Shown piece by piece: positions 34,901-46,808 of a stretch of 64,000 nucleotides of DNA. The DNA is from Azolla caroliniana (Eukaryota > Plantae > Polypodiophyta): positions 2,976,001 to 3,040,000 of the forward strand of contig JBHGNT010000011.1 of the NCBI GenBank assembly GCA_043228905.1. Reading direction: 5' to 3'. The translations under genes and the position numbers were made by a program. Under the pieces are notes generated by a model, which ran no database searches, was not told the origin of the DNA, and saw only the letters and a list, made by a program, of their open reading frames with translations. Numbering within the stretch: the stretch's first letter is position 1; each line of letters opens with the position of its first letter.

Positions 34901-37479
34901 AGCCCACACCTTTTGAGTCGAATCGTCAATAAAACTGACGAAGTAAGAGGCACCGCCGAGAGACTGATGCGGCATTGGGCCACAGACGTCCGAGTGGACT
35001 AAATCGAGAGGTCTCGTTTCTCTTGGTGCTGATGTCGGGTGTGATGCGGCTGCTTGTTTGCCATACTGGCAATGTTCGCAGAATTGACGGTCCGAGAAGG
35101 AGAGTTTAGGGATGTATCCGACTCTAGATAGGTGCGTGATGCCGGCCTTGCTGAGGTGTCCTAATCTTCTGTGCCATAGTGATGACACAAGAATATCCAC
35201 CAAAAACAGGTTACCCTCTCTGAGCGTAACATGTAACGGATACAGTGAGTGTATCTTGGGTCCTCTAGCAAGCAGGAGGTTCCCCCTGTGGAGTGTCCAC
35301 CCTCCCGAAGAAAAACCGGCACGAATGCCGTCTTCATCTAGTTGTCCGACTGAGATCAATGGCCTTGAGAGCTCAGGTACATGTCGGACATTGTGAAGTA
35401 CAAGTGTAGAGCCACCTACAAGGTTGAGCTCTACGGTGCCGATTCCAATGATGTCACAGTGTTGCGAGTTGCCGACTCGAACTGAGTCGGAGTGACGGAT
35501 CGTATATTGCCGAAATTGGGATCGATGAGGAGTCACGTGAAATGACGCGCCTGAATCTAAGAGCCATGTGCTCGATTCTTCAGTCGTGAACAGAACTTCT
35601 GATCCGACTGGATTTTCGATTGATAGTATATTCGGGTCGTTTGGTAGTACATCGGCTGAGAAGCTGACGTAATTGATCTCCTCATGCCGGCCACTCTTCT
35701 TGTCTGATTTCTGAGACTTGTCGTTCTTGTTCTTGAGTGTGCGGCAGTCGGCTTTGATATGTCCGGGTTTCTTGCAATAGTTGCAGATTCGATTATCCCG
35801 TGACTGGCTCCGTCTTCGCTGATTGTTCGGCTGCCGTGAGGAATCTCTTCCTCGTATGTTCGATCGGTCTGTCGAACCTTGTACTACGTAAGCGTCGTCT
35901 GTTGAGTCTTTGGCGAAAGACTTTCTCCGAGCTGCTTCGGTCAGGATTGCGCTCGTGACTTCGGAGTATTTAACAGCCGTGGTTGACGCGTTGCACACGG
36001 TTGTGACGAAAGTTTCCCAGGATGAGGGAAGGCTGCTCATGAGTATCATTGCTCTGAGTTCATCCTCGATTGCCGTCCCCTGAGATGAGATTTGGGAGCT
36101 TATGCTTTCGTACTCATTGAGATGTGCTTGAACCGAATCGGATTCTTTCATCCGCAAGTTGTAGAGGCGCCGGATCAGAAACATCTTAGTTGCAGAGACC
36201 TTCTTTTCGTAGGTGTCCGACAGTGTTTTCCACAGTTCGAATGCTGTCGTACACGATTGCACCGTAAAGTATACCGATTCCGATAGGTGCATCCGAATCG
36301 TGGCGCGGACGATTCTGTCCAGCTTCTGCCACTCAATTGGTTTGTATCCTTCTAGAGGTTCTTCATTTTCGATGGGATCGATTTGCCCCTTAACTATGAG
36401 ATAGTCCTGCATTTGCTCCTTCCAGAAGTTGAAGTTCGATCCATCGAACTTTCGTAGACTCATTTCTGACGAGCCAGATGTGGATGCCATCAAATTTGGT
36501 TTCGGTTGACGAAGCTCGGTTCGGAGTCGACTATGAACCTCGTTGGAGTGCAGCCGATTGGCTCACCCGATATCGTTCTAGTCGGATTTGAACCCGAGTC
36601 GGTTCGGCTTCGGATATATGTATTGTTGAACTTGCTCGAATTGACTCCGGTAACTTGAGGGACAGAACCGACTGGTCTTCCCGAGTGTTGCCGAGTGGGA
36701 GTGAGCCCGGTTCGCTTCCGAATATATATGCCAAATACCGATTATTGAAACCGATTGTCTGGACCGATTCTGCTTCGGGTGGCTGCAGCGACGAGAGAGA
36801 CGGATCCAACTGATCCTCCCGAATGTCGATCAGCCGGATGAAACACGAATTTGGGTTGTTGTCCTTGAAGTCGTCGTTGTGCAGGAAGCCCACCTCAAGC
36901 AGTTACGATCAGGGAAGTAGAGTACAGCCGACTGGCTTACTCCGAGTGATGATCTAACGCAGCGAGATTCAAGCTTGTGTTTGCCTACTTTCTTCTCTGT
37001 TTCTTCGAATGACGCAAGAGGCCGAATGCTTTGCAGACTAGGATGAAGCGAAAGGCCGAATACTGTGCAGGCTGTGATGAAGCGAAGAACCGAATGCTGT
37101 GCAGGCTGAGACGACGGCCGACAGTGGGATGAAGGACCGAATACTGTGCAGGCTCTGATACCAGATGTTGGGAACAAGGCCGTGTCGATGTGTAGGATCA
37201 AACACCATTCGATTAGGGTTGAATACCTGCGTATGACAGTTTCTGAGGTCGTGCACAGAGATGGAGAGAAAGAGAGAGAGAGAGAGAGACAGAGGCACAA
37301 AAGACTCTTTATTCATAAGAAAATAATACAACACCCCAACCCTACAAAGAGGTTACTAGGTCACTTTATATAGTGACCGACTTAGGGCAACTACCCTTTA
37401 CGCTAATTACACAAATGGCCCAAACTAGAGCTATACAAGGGATAGTGTGAATACGTCCATTATACACTTGTATTCGACA
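31952..37479 (-). mobile_element. Young Ty1/copia element; 314-bp LTRs 31952-32265 and 37166-37479
   Basis: LTRs appear identical; TSD GTACG; PBS TGGTATCAGAGC (tRNA-iMet); PPT GGGGGAG; inserted in the 5' LTR of E. Confidence 0.97.
32459..36493 (-). CDS. Copia gag-pol polyprotein (1344 aa), open but with YVGD and STTKAE substitutions
   Basis: CNYCKKPGHIKADC, WLLDSGAS, HHCC, TDNGGEF, RT and RNase H in copia order. Confidence 0.95.
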   Translation of the reverse strand: MMASTSGSSEMSLRKFDGSNFNFWKEQMQDYLIVKGQIDPIENEEPLEGYKPIEWQKLDRIVRATIRMHLSESVYFTVQSCTTAFELWKTLSDTYEKKVSATKMFLIRRLYNLRMKESDSVQAHLNEYESISSQISSQGTAIEDELRAMILMSSLPSSWETFVTTVCNASTTAVKYSEVTSAILTEAARRKSFAKDSTDDAYVVQGSTDRSNIRGRDSSRQPNNQRRRSQSRDNRICNYCKKPGHIKADCRTLKNKNDKSQKSDKKSGRHEEINYVSFSADVLPNDPNILSIENPVGSEVLFTTEESSTWLLDSGASFHVTPHRSQFRQYTIRHSDSVRVGNSQHCDIIGIGTVELNLVGGSTLVLHNVRHVPELSRPLISVGQLDEDGIRAGFSSGGWTLHRGNLLLARGPKIHSLYPLHVTLREGNLFLVDILVSSLWHRRLGHLSKAGITHLSRVGYIPKLSFSDRQFCEHCQYGKQAAASHPTSAPRETRPLDLVHSDVCGPMPHQSLGGASYFVSFIDDSTQKVWAYPIRTKDRVFSIFSDWLAMVENQTDRKLKCFRTDNGGEFKSEEFVKFCRQRGIRREFTAPHSPEQNGIAERMNRTIQERIVSMLQHSGLSDGFWAEALLTAVHIINMSPSRPLGLQIPQELWIGSKPNYDKLRIFGCEAYALIPKDDRRKLAPRSRKCIFLGYGSDGEMGYRLWDPERRQIVRSSDVVFNESAMNPSVEKPIEVRRVTFSDVPTLQEGPALNTRSASRVAEPSTTDSDNSDSAQQNNSLSDHPTSIPDATSPIIPRRSERLSQPPERYSPGIFFTDVGEPTSYEEASTSVDSATWHLAMESEMHSIRANKTWDLVELPKNRRALPCKWVYRLKETSDSTTPKYKARLVAKGFRQEYGVDFDEIFSPVVKMTTLRFLLGVVAADNLELIQLDVKTAFLHGDLEEEIYMEQPKGFVATGQEHLVCRLRKSLYGLKQAPRQWYKKFDDFIQSIGFSKSDEDHCLFTNTAQDGSPIFLIIYVGDMLISGRHAGELADLIRQLRLKFAMKDLGPARHILGMKISRHRDKRHLFLSQTDYIGRVLERFNMKSAKSASTPLPMNLRLSQRDCPTSGSEGEDMKSVPYAPAVGSLMYLMVATRPDISHAVGVVSRFMHNPGRSHWNAVKHVFKYLAGTKDHDILFGPNSTSGVVGYTDSDFAGCIDSRKSTTGYCFKFGNGAISWKSKLQECTATSTTKAEYVAASDAAKEALWLGRLAHTFRQVDHDSAPVVYSDSQGAIALSRNPVHHNASKHIDVRYHFVRDCVISGKIGLEKISTTDNVADGMTKCLSADRFRSLRHQMGVTTNQSG

Positions 37480-40400
37480 GTACGCTCCTCGTTCTTCTAT
37501 CGTCTTTTCAGTGTAGAAGAGGCTTCCACGTAACACGATCCCTTGATACCGATAGCCTGTGAGCTCATCGAAGGAATTTTCCCCAGAAACGGGTAACACA
37601 ATTTGGCACGCCGGGTGGGATTGTAAGGTCATAGCGAACTACGTAGGAGGCAAACCCTAGCCGCCATTACAGCGCCCAATCGCATCATGCGGTCTAGGCC
37701 ACCTGCCCAAAGCCCTGAGCTAGTCGAAGGAACTTCCAACTCGGCGGTCACTGATAAATCTTTCCAGGAACTATCGGAGGCTCACCAGTTGCAATCCTCG
37801 CCACCCGATAACCAGTCGCGAGTTGATTCCGCACCGACCTCCCCGCCGAGCCCTCCAGAGGTCACCCAACCTGACCCGAACCCTTTTCTGACTTTACCTA
37901 AGGACCCGGATCTCTATACCATGCCTTACTCTTACCCACGATATACCGACGGCCCCGACACGGAATCACACACCCGTGCTTTCGTGTCCACATGGCAGGC
38001 CAACCACTCGACACAGCGGTTATTGGCTGCCGAAATCGAGGCCTCCAAAATCGCGGAATTTGCTTTATTCCTCGATGGCCCGACTACTCGATGGTACTCC
38101 CGCCTCGACATGGGGGAGGTCACAACGTTCTAGGACGTCCGGACAAAGTTTCTAGAATTATTTCATCGCCAAGCTCCGAAGCATGAACTACTTCGATAGT
38201 TCTTTTCCCTAAGCCAAGAACCTCACGAGACGGTCGCCCAGTTCACGATCCGGTTTCAGGATCTCTACCGACAACTGGCCGACAATGTCTTCGCCCATCA
38301 CATTCTTGATACCTTCCTGTCCAGCCTACGGGAGCCTCTACAAATGACTCTTGCACTTACAAATTTCTCTAACTAGACAATCGAGCAAGTCATCGCATGC
38401 GTCCTCGCCATCGATCGGACACAGCATGACACGGTTTTCTCCATGGGCTCTTTGCAAAGCTCCCTTGCTCAGGAGGACAATCGTTTCCAACAAGCCCTCC
38501 AATGCACAACCTGCTCAGGCTCAAGCCATCTGGCTCTCGAGTGCCCTCACTGGCCACATTGCCCAATATGTCAGTCCTGAGCTCACACGATCGAACAATG
38601 TGAGTACAACATGCTCAACCGCACAACGACGGCTCCGGTTCGCCAGATCGAGCTGCACAATACATACTCCTGATAGGATGAACGCCAGTCATACCGACAT
38701 TGGGCAAACGAGCGACCACGATCCCCGGATCGCCAGCGCCACGATGACGACTACCACCGCAACGACGACCGGTACCGCCACGACAATCGCAAGAGATCAG
38801 ACGACCGTAGTGACCAGTACCATGACGACCAATATAGAGCAAATGATGAGTATGATCGGTATTAAGACGACCGGGATGACTGGTACGATCAACAGTATTC
38901 ACGAAATGATAGAAGAAATTCTTATAGAGGTTCGCGGAACAATCGACGGCAGAACGACAATCGTCGTCGGGACCCCCCTCCAAACGTCCCGCACAACGCA
39001 CCATGGGCCAACACGCCTACACAAGCGGTCAAGAACCACTCACAACCTTTCCCACACACTGAGCACGGTGACACAAGCAACTCGGCATCCGTTACCTGCT
39101 TTAAGTGTAACCAACCCGGCCACAATGCTACCCAATGCCCAACCACGGACCGCGGCAAGGCCCCAACTGTGAATACTATTATGGCCGACGTTCAACACGT
39201 CACTACACGTAGCAAGACCCAAGCCAGCCAATGGCAAGAACAAGAAGACGTCCGACAAGCAGCCAAGGACTGGATTGAGACCGCCAATAAAAGCAATGTG
39301 GCACGAATGCACACAGAGATGTAGGACGCGACCATCGGCGCACCACCGGCCGCAGGACCATCCACCGCGGTAGAAGATGACCATTTGTGGGAAGCCCTTA
39401 CAAGCGCTAGGATCTCGCTGCCATTACATAAGCTTTTACCACTCATGTCGCACTTTCGAGATACCTTGGCTACGCTCATGGCTAACGACAAATCGGTCGC
39501 ACCCCCTGTTAACCTGACAGAGCCATGGACGGGCCCACCCCTCATGGATTCCCAGAATTCAGCCATGAAAATCATGATTAAAGGACGCGACCTTCATGGG
39601 TGCATAATCGACGGTGGCTCCGGCATGAATGTCATCAGCGAGGCCACATGTCACACCGTCGGCCTAAACCAATGGGAACCTTACCCCTTTTGGCTTCAGA
39701 TGGTCGATACGTGATCAGTTCGCCTCATCGGGTTAATCCGCCACCTTGATTTCACGTTAGGCGGCCACATGTTCACTATCTCGGCAGTCGTGTTACGCCT
39801 TGAAGCTCCGGGCGCTTACCCAATGCTGCTTGGCCGACCCTAGCTGAGCCCAAGAAATATAAAACAACATTGGCAATGGAATATGATCTCTTTCCGCCGG
39901 GGGAAGTCCAAGGTACGGGTAATAACAAAAGAACGCCTAACCACGCCCCACAACACTACACCCTTATATGTGGAAGGGGTACACATGCTCAATGGCTTAG
40001 CCGACGAAGATCACCCCACTATCATACCCCTCTTCGAAATAAACGCCATTTCGGGTTTCGGCACACCACTAGACGAGGATGTCACGGCAGATTCTCTTCC
40101 CCAAGACGAAGCCGATTCCACAACTATCGCACAACTACGACAAGCTCGGGATGCGTTCGAACGAGAACTCGCCATCTCCCAGCGAGTCAAAGCATCAACG
40201 CTCGAGTCACTAAACCTCGGCTCAGACGAGAACCCGTGTACACTACAAATCGCTAATAACTTACCAGCAGAAGAACGGTCAGCCCTGATACGCCTGCTCA
40301 CAGAGTATCAAGATGTATTCGCATGGTCTTACACTAATATGAAGGGATTGGATCCCCAATTTTACCAACACCAAGTACACCTCCTGCCAGACACTCGGCT

Positions 40401-41227
40401 GATCCAACGACGGTACCGTATGAACCCTAACTACGCAGCTAAGGTCAAAGAGGAAATCGACAAAATCCTTCGAGTAGGCTTTATACGCCCAGTAAAAAGA
40501 GCCACATGGTTAAGCCCAATCGTCGTCGTCCCCCAAAAAAACGGGAAAATCCGTTGTCGTGAAGAAAACCGTCCACAAGTAGAATCGGTGCACAGGAGCG
40601 TAGGAACCGGCTCTTCTCGAATGTTGTCCATAGAAGATCCTAGGCGGGTAGATTCGGTGGATAGGAAGTAAAGGGGAAATGGCTCCTTCCTTGCCTATAA
40701 AAAGGAGGGAGACGAGAAGGGGGAGGGATCGCGGAGAGTCGAGGACGAAGTGTTGTCGGTTTGCGTGCGAAGGCTTCTCTCTCTCTCTCTAGTTCGCAAA
40801 CTCCATAGCTTCCTTCTGTGCAGGTTTCGGGAGGCTCGCGCTGCTTTGAGGAACGCCCGAGTGCTTCCGGTAGCACCTCCAACCTGCTCCTGTCTTTCTA
40901 TGCGTTTACGAACAGACATCGGCATCTGTTCGCCGGCCTGTTCGGTTGTAACCGACTTCGTGTTTTTGTTGCTTCCGTGTTCTTGTTGTTGTCTTTGTTA
41001 ATACATACATATATTCGTGTCTCTCTGTGTCGTTGTCCCACTCGCGTCTTTGTGTCGAAGGGCCGTGTCCCTGTGAATCTACGCTCGCACGTAGTGGGTC
41101 TCTTGTCCTTTCTCTCTTGCTCTTCGGTACAGAACCCCTGAGATCCCGCCTCATTCCACGCATCCACGAGGAAAACCTCGACATCTTTGGTGAACCTAAC
41201 GTGAAGGAGGCGGCAGAAGAGCAGAAG

Positions 41228-43354
41228 ATGAAAGGGTCGGATCTTGCAGAGGCCATGGCTTCGGCCGTGGATCGGATACTAAGCGCACGCGAGGGCTCCG
41301 GCGCCCTCGACAGAGCCATTGAGGTGGTCGTCGGTACGATCGGCCGGTTCAGCGGAAAGGATGCCACGAAGTATTTGGCGTCCTACGGGGTAGAAATGTT
41401 GATGCGGGACATTCCGGAAGAGAGGCGTCTTGCCGGGTTTCCTCGAGTGGCGATGCCGAGCATCCATGCGGAGGTGCTCGAGGTGCGGGCGGAGAGCCGT
41501 ACCTAGGAGGAGTTCGAAGGCCGACTCCTGGAAAAATATGGGCTGGACGACGCGCTCCGGCTTTCGAAACGAGACTTCATGGAATGGGTGGAGTCCCCCG
41601 GCAAGGGAAGAAACGCGTCGGCACTCCTCCGGGAGTTCGAAGAACGCTTTGCGCGCCTTTCGGCGCTTGACCGAACCATTCTAGATACGAGCCGGGTCCT
41701 ACTGTTCGTCAAGTCGGTGGACGAGCGGGACCGGAATCAAGTCGGCTCCTTGCTGGAAACCGAAGACGGGCTGACGACCGACTGGGCAGCGGTTAAGAGA
41801 GTCTGTGGCCGTTTCGACAAACGGCGAGAATGGGCTGATATCGGGGCGGCCGGTGCGCGGTCTGTCACAGCAAGGAGGCTTGAACCGGCACCGCAAGGGC
41901 GAAGGGAAGAAACCCGGGAATGGCTCGAAACCGGCCCGGCTTCGACCGGCATGGTCAGTGGCTCGTCCGGAGGAGCAGCGCTGGAGGAGTTGACGCAGGC
42001 GATAAAGGATCTCCAGATCGCCCAGACTCGAAGGGAAGGCGGCGAACCGGCTCGTGACCGACGGCCGGCAGCAGGGAACAGGTGCATGTGGTGCGACGAG
42101 GTCGGCCACATTCGGAAGGACTGCGGCGATTTCGCAGAAGCGTTGAGGAACCGGGTGGTGTACTTGTGGGAAGGCCGGGTGCACGCCAACGACGCCAGAA
42201 GGGCCCTAAACCGAAACGACGGACGAGGAGGTATGAAGAGACTGATGGAAGAGGCAGCGGCCCAACACGTGGAGGCCATCCACTACTCGGCGTCGGCCGA
42301 CATTCGGGTCAGGGGCAGCGAGGCCCGAAAGGAGGGCAAAGACGGATTCTGGTCGGCAATGCTGGAAGGTCTTGCCGGCGCACGGCTAAGGAAAGACGAA
42401 ACAGACCGTGCTGAGAGACGGGTCCGGGAAATAACCGGGTGGAGCGATCCGTTCAAGGAGAAGATGGGCTTCGTAGAAGCCGCCTGCCGGAACTACGAGG
42501 CTCTGGTAGAAGACAATCGAGTGGGGAAAGCCGGAGCGGCCGGGCTCTCACAACGGTACGAGACCCAATTCGGGCAACGACGGAACGATGCCGGTGGGTC
42601 CAGCTCGCAAGATAACCCCAGGAAGGGCGGATACCGACTGGGGACAGAAATAGAAAGGACTACGGACCTACGAAAGGTCCTGGAAGAACGGATCCTCGAC
42701 AGCAAAGTGGAGCTGTCATTACGGGAGGTGCTAGGGATCGCCAAGAAGGAGTTCCACGACTCCATTGTGGACTTGGTGAAACGGAAGAGGCTGTCGACGG
42801 AGACAGAACCGGAGAGACCGGTGGAGGTGCGGACGACGCACATCGACGACTCGGCGCTGGCAGATGAGTGGGCGGAGAGCCACTATTCGAGGCCACACTG
42901 GGCCCGAGCGACCATGGAGACCCCAGTAAAGATCGGAGATGTTCAGGAACCGGTGGTGGCACTGGTGGACCACGGTTCGGAAATAAACCTAATGTCCATG
43001 GACTTCTATAAGAAGGGAAAGTGGCCGATCAACAGCAGGCACGGGTGGAAGATACGGGCGGCGACGCGCGCCACCGAGGAACTACACGGGGCCTGCCCGA
43101 ATGTGCGAGTAAAGATCGGCGACGTCGAGATTGACCAGCACTTCTTCGTACAGGAGACGTCCTCGCATCCGGTCATATTAGGGGAACCATACATCACGGC
43201 GGCGAGAATGGAGACCAAGGTGCTAGACAACGGTTCGGCCTATGCGAGGGTCAAAAGCCAGGACGGGCGCCATTCGGTCCAATTTCTGACGGTGCGACCG
43301 AACCACGAGCGAAACCGTGAATCCCTCGGTGGCGAGAACCGGGAGGATTTTTAG
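41228..43354 (+). pseudogene. Element F gag-protease (premature TAG at 41504)
   Basis: MKGSDLAEAM..., CMWCDEVGHIRKDC, LVDHGSEINLM, ends REDF*. Confidence 0.9.
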
Positions 43355-46300
43355 AGAGGGCTGCCAAGGCGTGGGGCCGAGACAGTCCGGACACTCGGAA
43401 AAGACCCCACGACTGTACGATAGGTAGGAAATTTTGCTTCTCCAACAACGGAGGGTGTATGATAGTCGGCATCGTCGGCCGAGAAAAGACAAGGGCGGAA
43501 GTGCGACTTCGAGCGTGTGGAGTTCTCGGCCCGGACGAGGAAATCAGCGGAGCCGTGGAGGCGGTCTCCTTCGACGACACCTTGGGAATGCTGAGGAAGG
43601 TAGCCGGAGAAGACCTTAACGAAGACCGGACGATACCGGTATGTTCCGAAGAGATGTACGAAGTCATCGCGAACTTCAGTCGGGGGCTCGGGTCGGATCG
43701 GACGGCCCGAGTTAGCATGAAGTACAAGACTGTGGACCGGAAGGTAAGGCCAGTCGCGGCACCCTTGCCGGAGGGCAGCGGGTCCCGAATCAGAGGGGTG
43801 GCGTCGGACCCCAGTTTACGAGATCCGGCCTGCATAGGACACACCTTCACCGACGGGACGCTCCGGGAGCTCAAGATCGGTGGGGGCGGGTTCCTACTGC
43901 CGGCGGAGGAAGACCGGTTTCGGAGAATGCTCGGAAGGCACAGGAAAGCCTTCGCATTCTCACCGGAAGAGATCGGGTGCGTAGACCCGACAATCGTGGA
44001 GCCGATGGTGATATTCACGGTACCGCATTTGCCGTGGAATCTCAAGCCGATTCCGGTACCGAGAGCTCACATCCCGAAGTTGATGGAGCTATTGAGGCAG
44101 AAAGTAGATATGGGCATTCTTGAACCGTCGAGTGCCCCATACTCGAACCGATGGTTTACCGTACCGAAGAAAAACGGAACATTGCGCTTTATTCAGGACC
44201 TGCAGCCAGTCAACAGAGTGACCATTCGGAACGCAGGAATCGGACCGACCATAGACGAGTTCGCAGAGGCCTTCGCTGGAAGGTCGATTTACTCGGTTGG
44301 TGATCTGTACTCGAGGTACGACCAGTTCCAGCTAGCCGTGGAGAGCAGGGACATTACGACGATGCGAACTCCCCTCGGCCTAGTGCGAATGTGTACCCTG
44401 CCACAAGGAGGGACCAACTCGGTAGCCCACATGGTGAATGCAATGAACAAGGTGCTGAGGGATTGCATCCCAGACATCACCATGCCGTTTTTAGACGACA
44501 TCCCGATCAAGGGGTGCCCGGTGGAGGAGAAGGGCGAGACAGTCGGGCCGGACGGATGCCGGCGATTCGTGGCGACACACATCGACGACTGTGAGAAGGT
44601 GCTACAAAGGCTAGAGGATGCGAGGTTCACCTTCTCCGGGGAGAAATCGGCCTTCGGGCAATCGGAAATCCTGGTGGTCGGACACCTATGTGGACCTTAT
44701 GGCCGGAAGCCGTCTCCGGCAAAGGTAGAAGCCATCTCCGCGATGAAGACCGATTGTAGCTCGGTTACGGAAGTTCGGAGGTTCCTGGGGGCATGCGAGT
44801 TCTACCACATATGGATCCCGCATTACGCCCACGTGGCGGAGCTGCTATACGGGTTGCTGAAGAAAGGGCGAAATTTCGAGTGGCGAGTCGAGCACACGGA
44901 GACGGTCCGGAAGCTGAAGGAAGCTCTTGCGGCAGCACCGGCGCTCCGGAAGGCTGTCTACGAGAAGTGTACCCCGGTATACATAACGGTGGATACGAGT
45001 CCGACCGGGATCGGATGGGTCGTCAACCAAGAAGACGAGGACGACATTCGGTTCCCGATCCGATTCGGCGCGAAGGTCCTCAGTGAGCGACAGTGAGGGT
45101 ACGCCCAGGTTAAACGCGAACTCTGGGGTATCGTTTCGGCAGTAAAGGCCGACAAAGACTACCTGATCGGGACAAAAGTGATTATCGAGACGGATTGCCT
45201 ACCAATTCTCGGCATGGTTTCCGGATGCGCGACACCGGACCTGGCGATGCTCAGGTGGATAGCGTACATCAAGTCCCTGGACCTGGAAATACGGCACATT
45301 TCCGGAAAGGACAACGCCATGGCCGACATGCTTTCGAGGGCGAGGTTTGATGACGAGGGCGGCATGGTTTTGGAGGACGAAGAAGTCGGCGTGGACTTCT
45401 TCGAGGTAGCGTACGTGACGACCGATGGGACGAGCACTCCGGCACTTAACGACTTCGACGAGAGCAAGTACGACGGCAAGTGGCTCCAGATCGGTGGATT
45501 TTTGAGGACGATGACGCCGGATGCGTCGTGGACGAAGGACGAGGCCAACCGGATCCGGAAGAAAGCTTACCGATTCTTTCTCCGGGACGGATTCTTATGG
45601 AAGCACTCGAGGAAGAGGAACGGCGTCCCGCTCCGGATGGTGGCGATGAAGGAAGAACAGGAGGAGCTGTTGACGGCCTACCACGACAGCCCTTGGGCTG
45701 GGACACCGTGGAACGTGGGCCACGTTCGAGAAGATAAAGGGGAAGTACTGGTGGCCGGGACTGTACCGAGATGTGCATCGGTTCGTGACAACTTGCGAGA
45801 GCTGTCAGATGCACTCCGTGGTCCGACACCGGGACGAGCTTCACCCTACGTACCCTCCGACCATCCACTTCAAATGGATGGTAGACCTGGTAACGATGCC
45901 GATGGGAGTAGGACAGATGCGGTATTTGGTCCTGGCTCGGGAAGATCTGACAAACCAGGTAGAAGGCCGGGCCCTTCAGAACAAAACGACCACGGCCGTA
46001 TGTCGGTTCCTGATCGAGGACGTGATATGCCGGTACGGGTGCGTCGGGAAGATCGTGGCTGATCGCGGGGAGTTGGACGCCGAAGAGGCCGAGGAGCTGT
46101 TCGATCGGCTAGGAGTCAAGCTCTCGCTTACCACTGCGTATAATCCGGAGGCGAATGGGAAGGCGGAGCGCGGTCACGGACCGATCATCAAGGCGTTAGT
46201 TCGGGCATGCGGAGGTCAAGTCGGGAACTGGTCGCGGCTGTTGCCTTACGCGTTGTGGGCGGACCGAACTACGCACAGTTCGGTAACCGGATTCATGCCG

Positions 46301-46808
46301 GCAGAGCTCATGTTTGGGAAAAAGCCGATCATGCCGATGGAACGTACGATCTCCTCGTGGGCAACCATGGACTGGAGAGACGAGATGAGCCAGGAGGAAC
46401 TGCTGGCGGCGCGTATACGATAGCTCGAGCGAAGACCGGAGGACGTGGAGCATGCTTCGGGAAGCAAGGATGAGGAACAAAGTCCGGTTCGACCGGACGC
46501 ACCGGCTCCGACCGAAGAAGATCGAGGAAGGCGACTGGGTGCTAGTCTACGACAGCAGCCTCGACAACCAACATCGAGCGACACGGAAGTTCGCAAGAAG
46601 GTGGTTCGGGCCTTACGTGGTACAAAGCGCCACCGACAACGGGACGTACCATCTGGCGGAACTCGACGGCACGAGAATGGTGATACCAGTAGCTGGGAAG
46701 CGGATCAAAGCGTTCAAGAAGCGTCATGATGACGAGCCGGATCCGGTTGGCCTGAACCGCGACGACGAACGATCCGAAACCGAGGAAGAACCGACGGGCG
46801 GGGAATGA
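43351..46808 (+). pseudogene. Element F pol in the -1 frame (stop at 45094, later frameshifts)
   Basis: PFLDD RT, RNase H and integrase motifs as in B. Confidence 0.92.
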
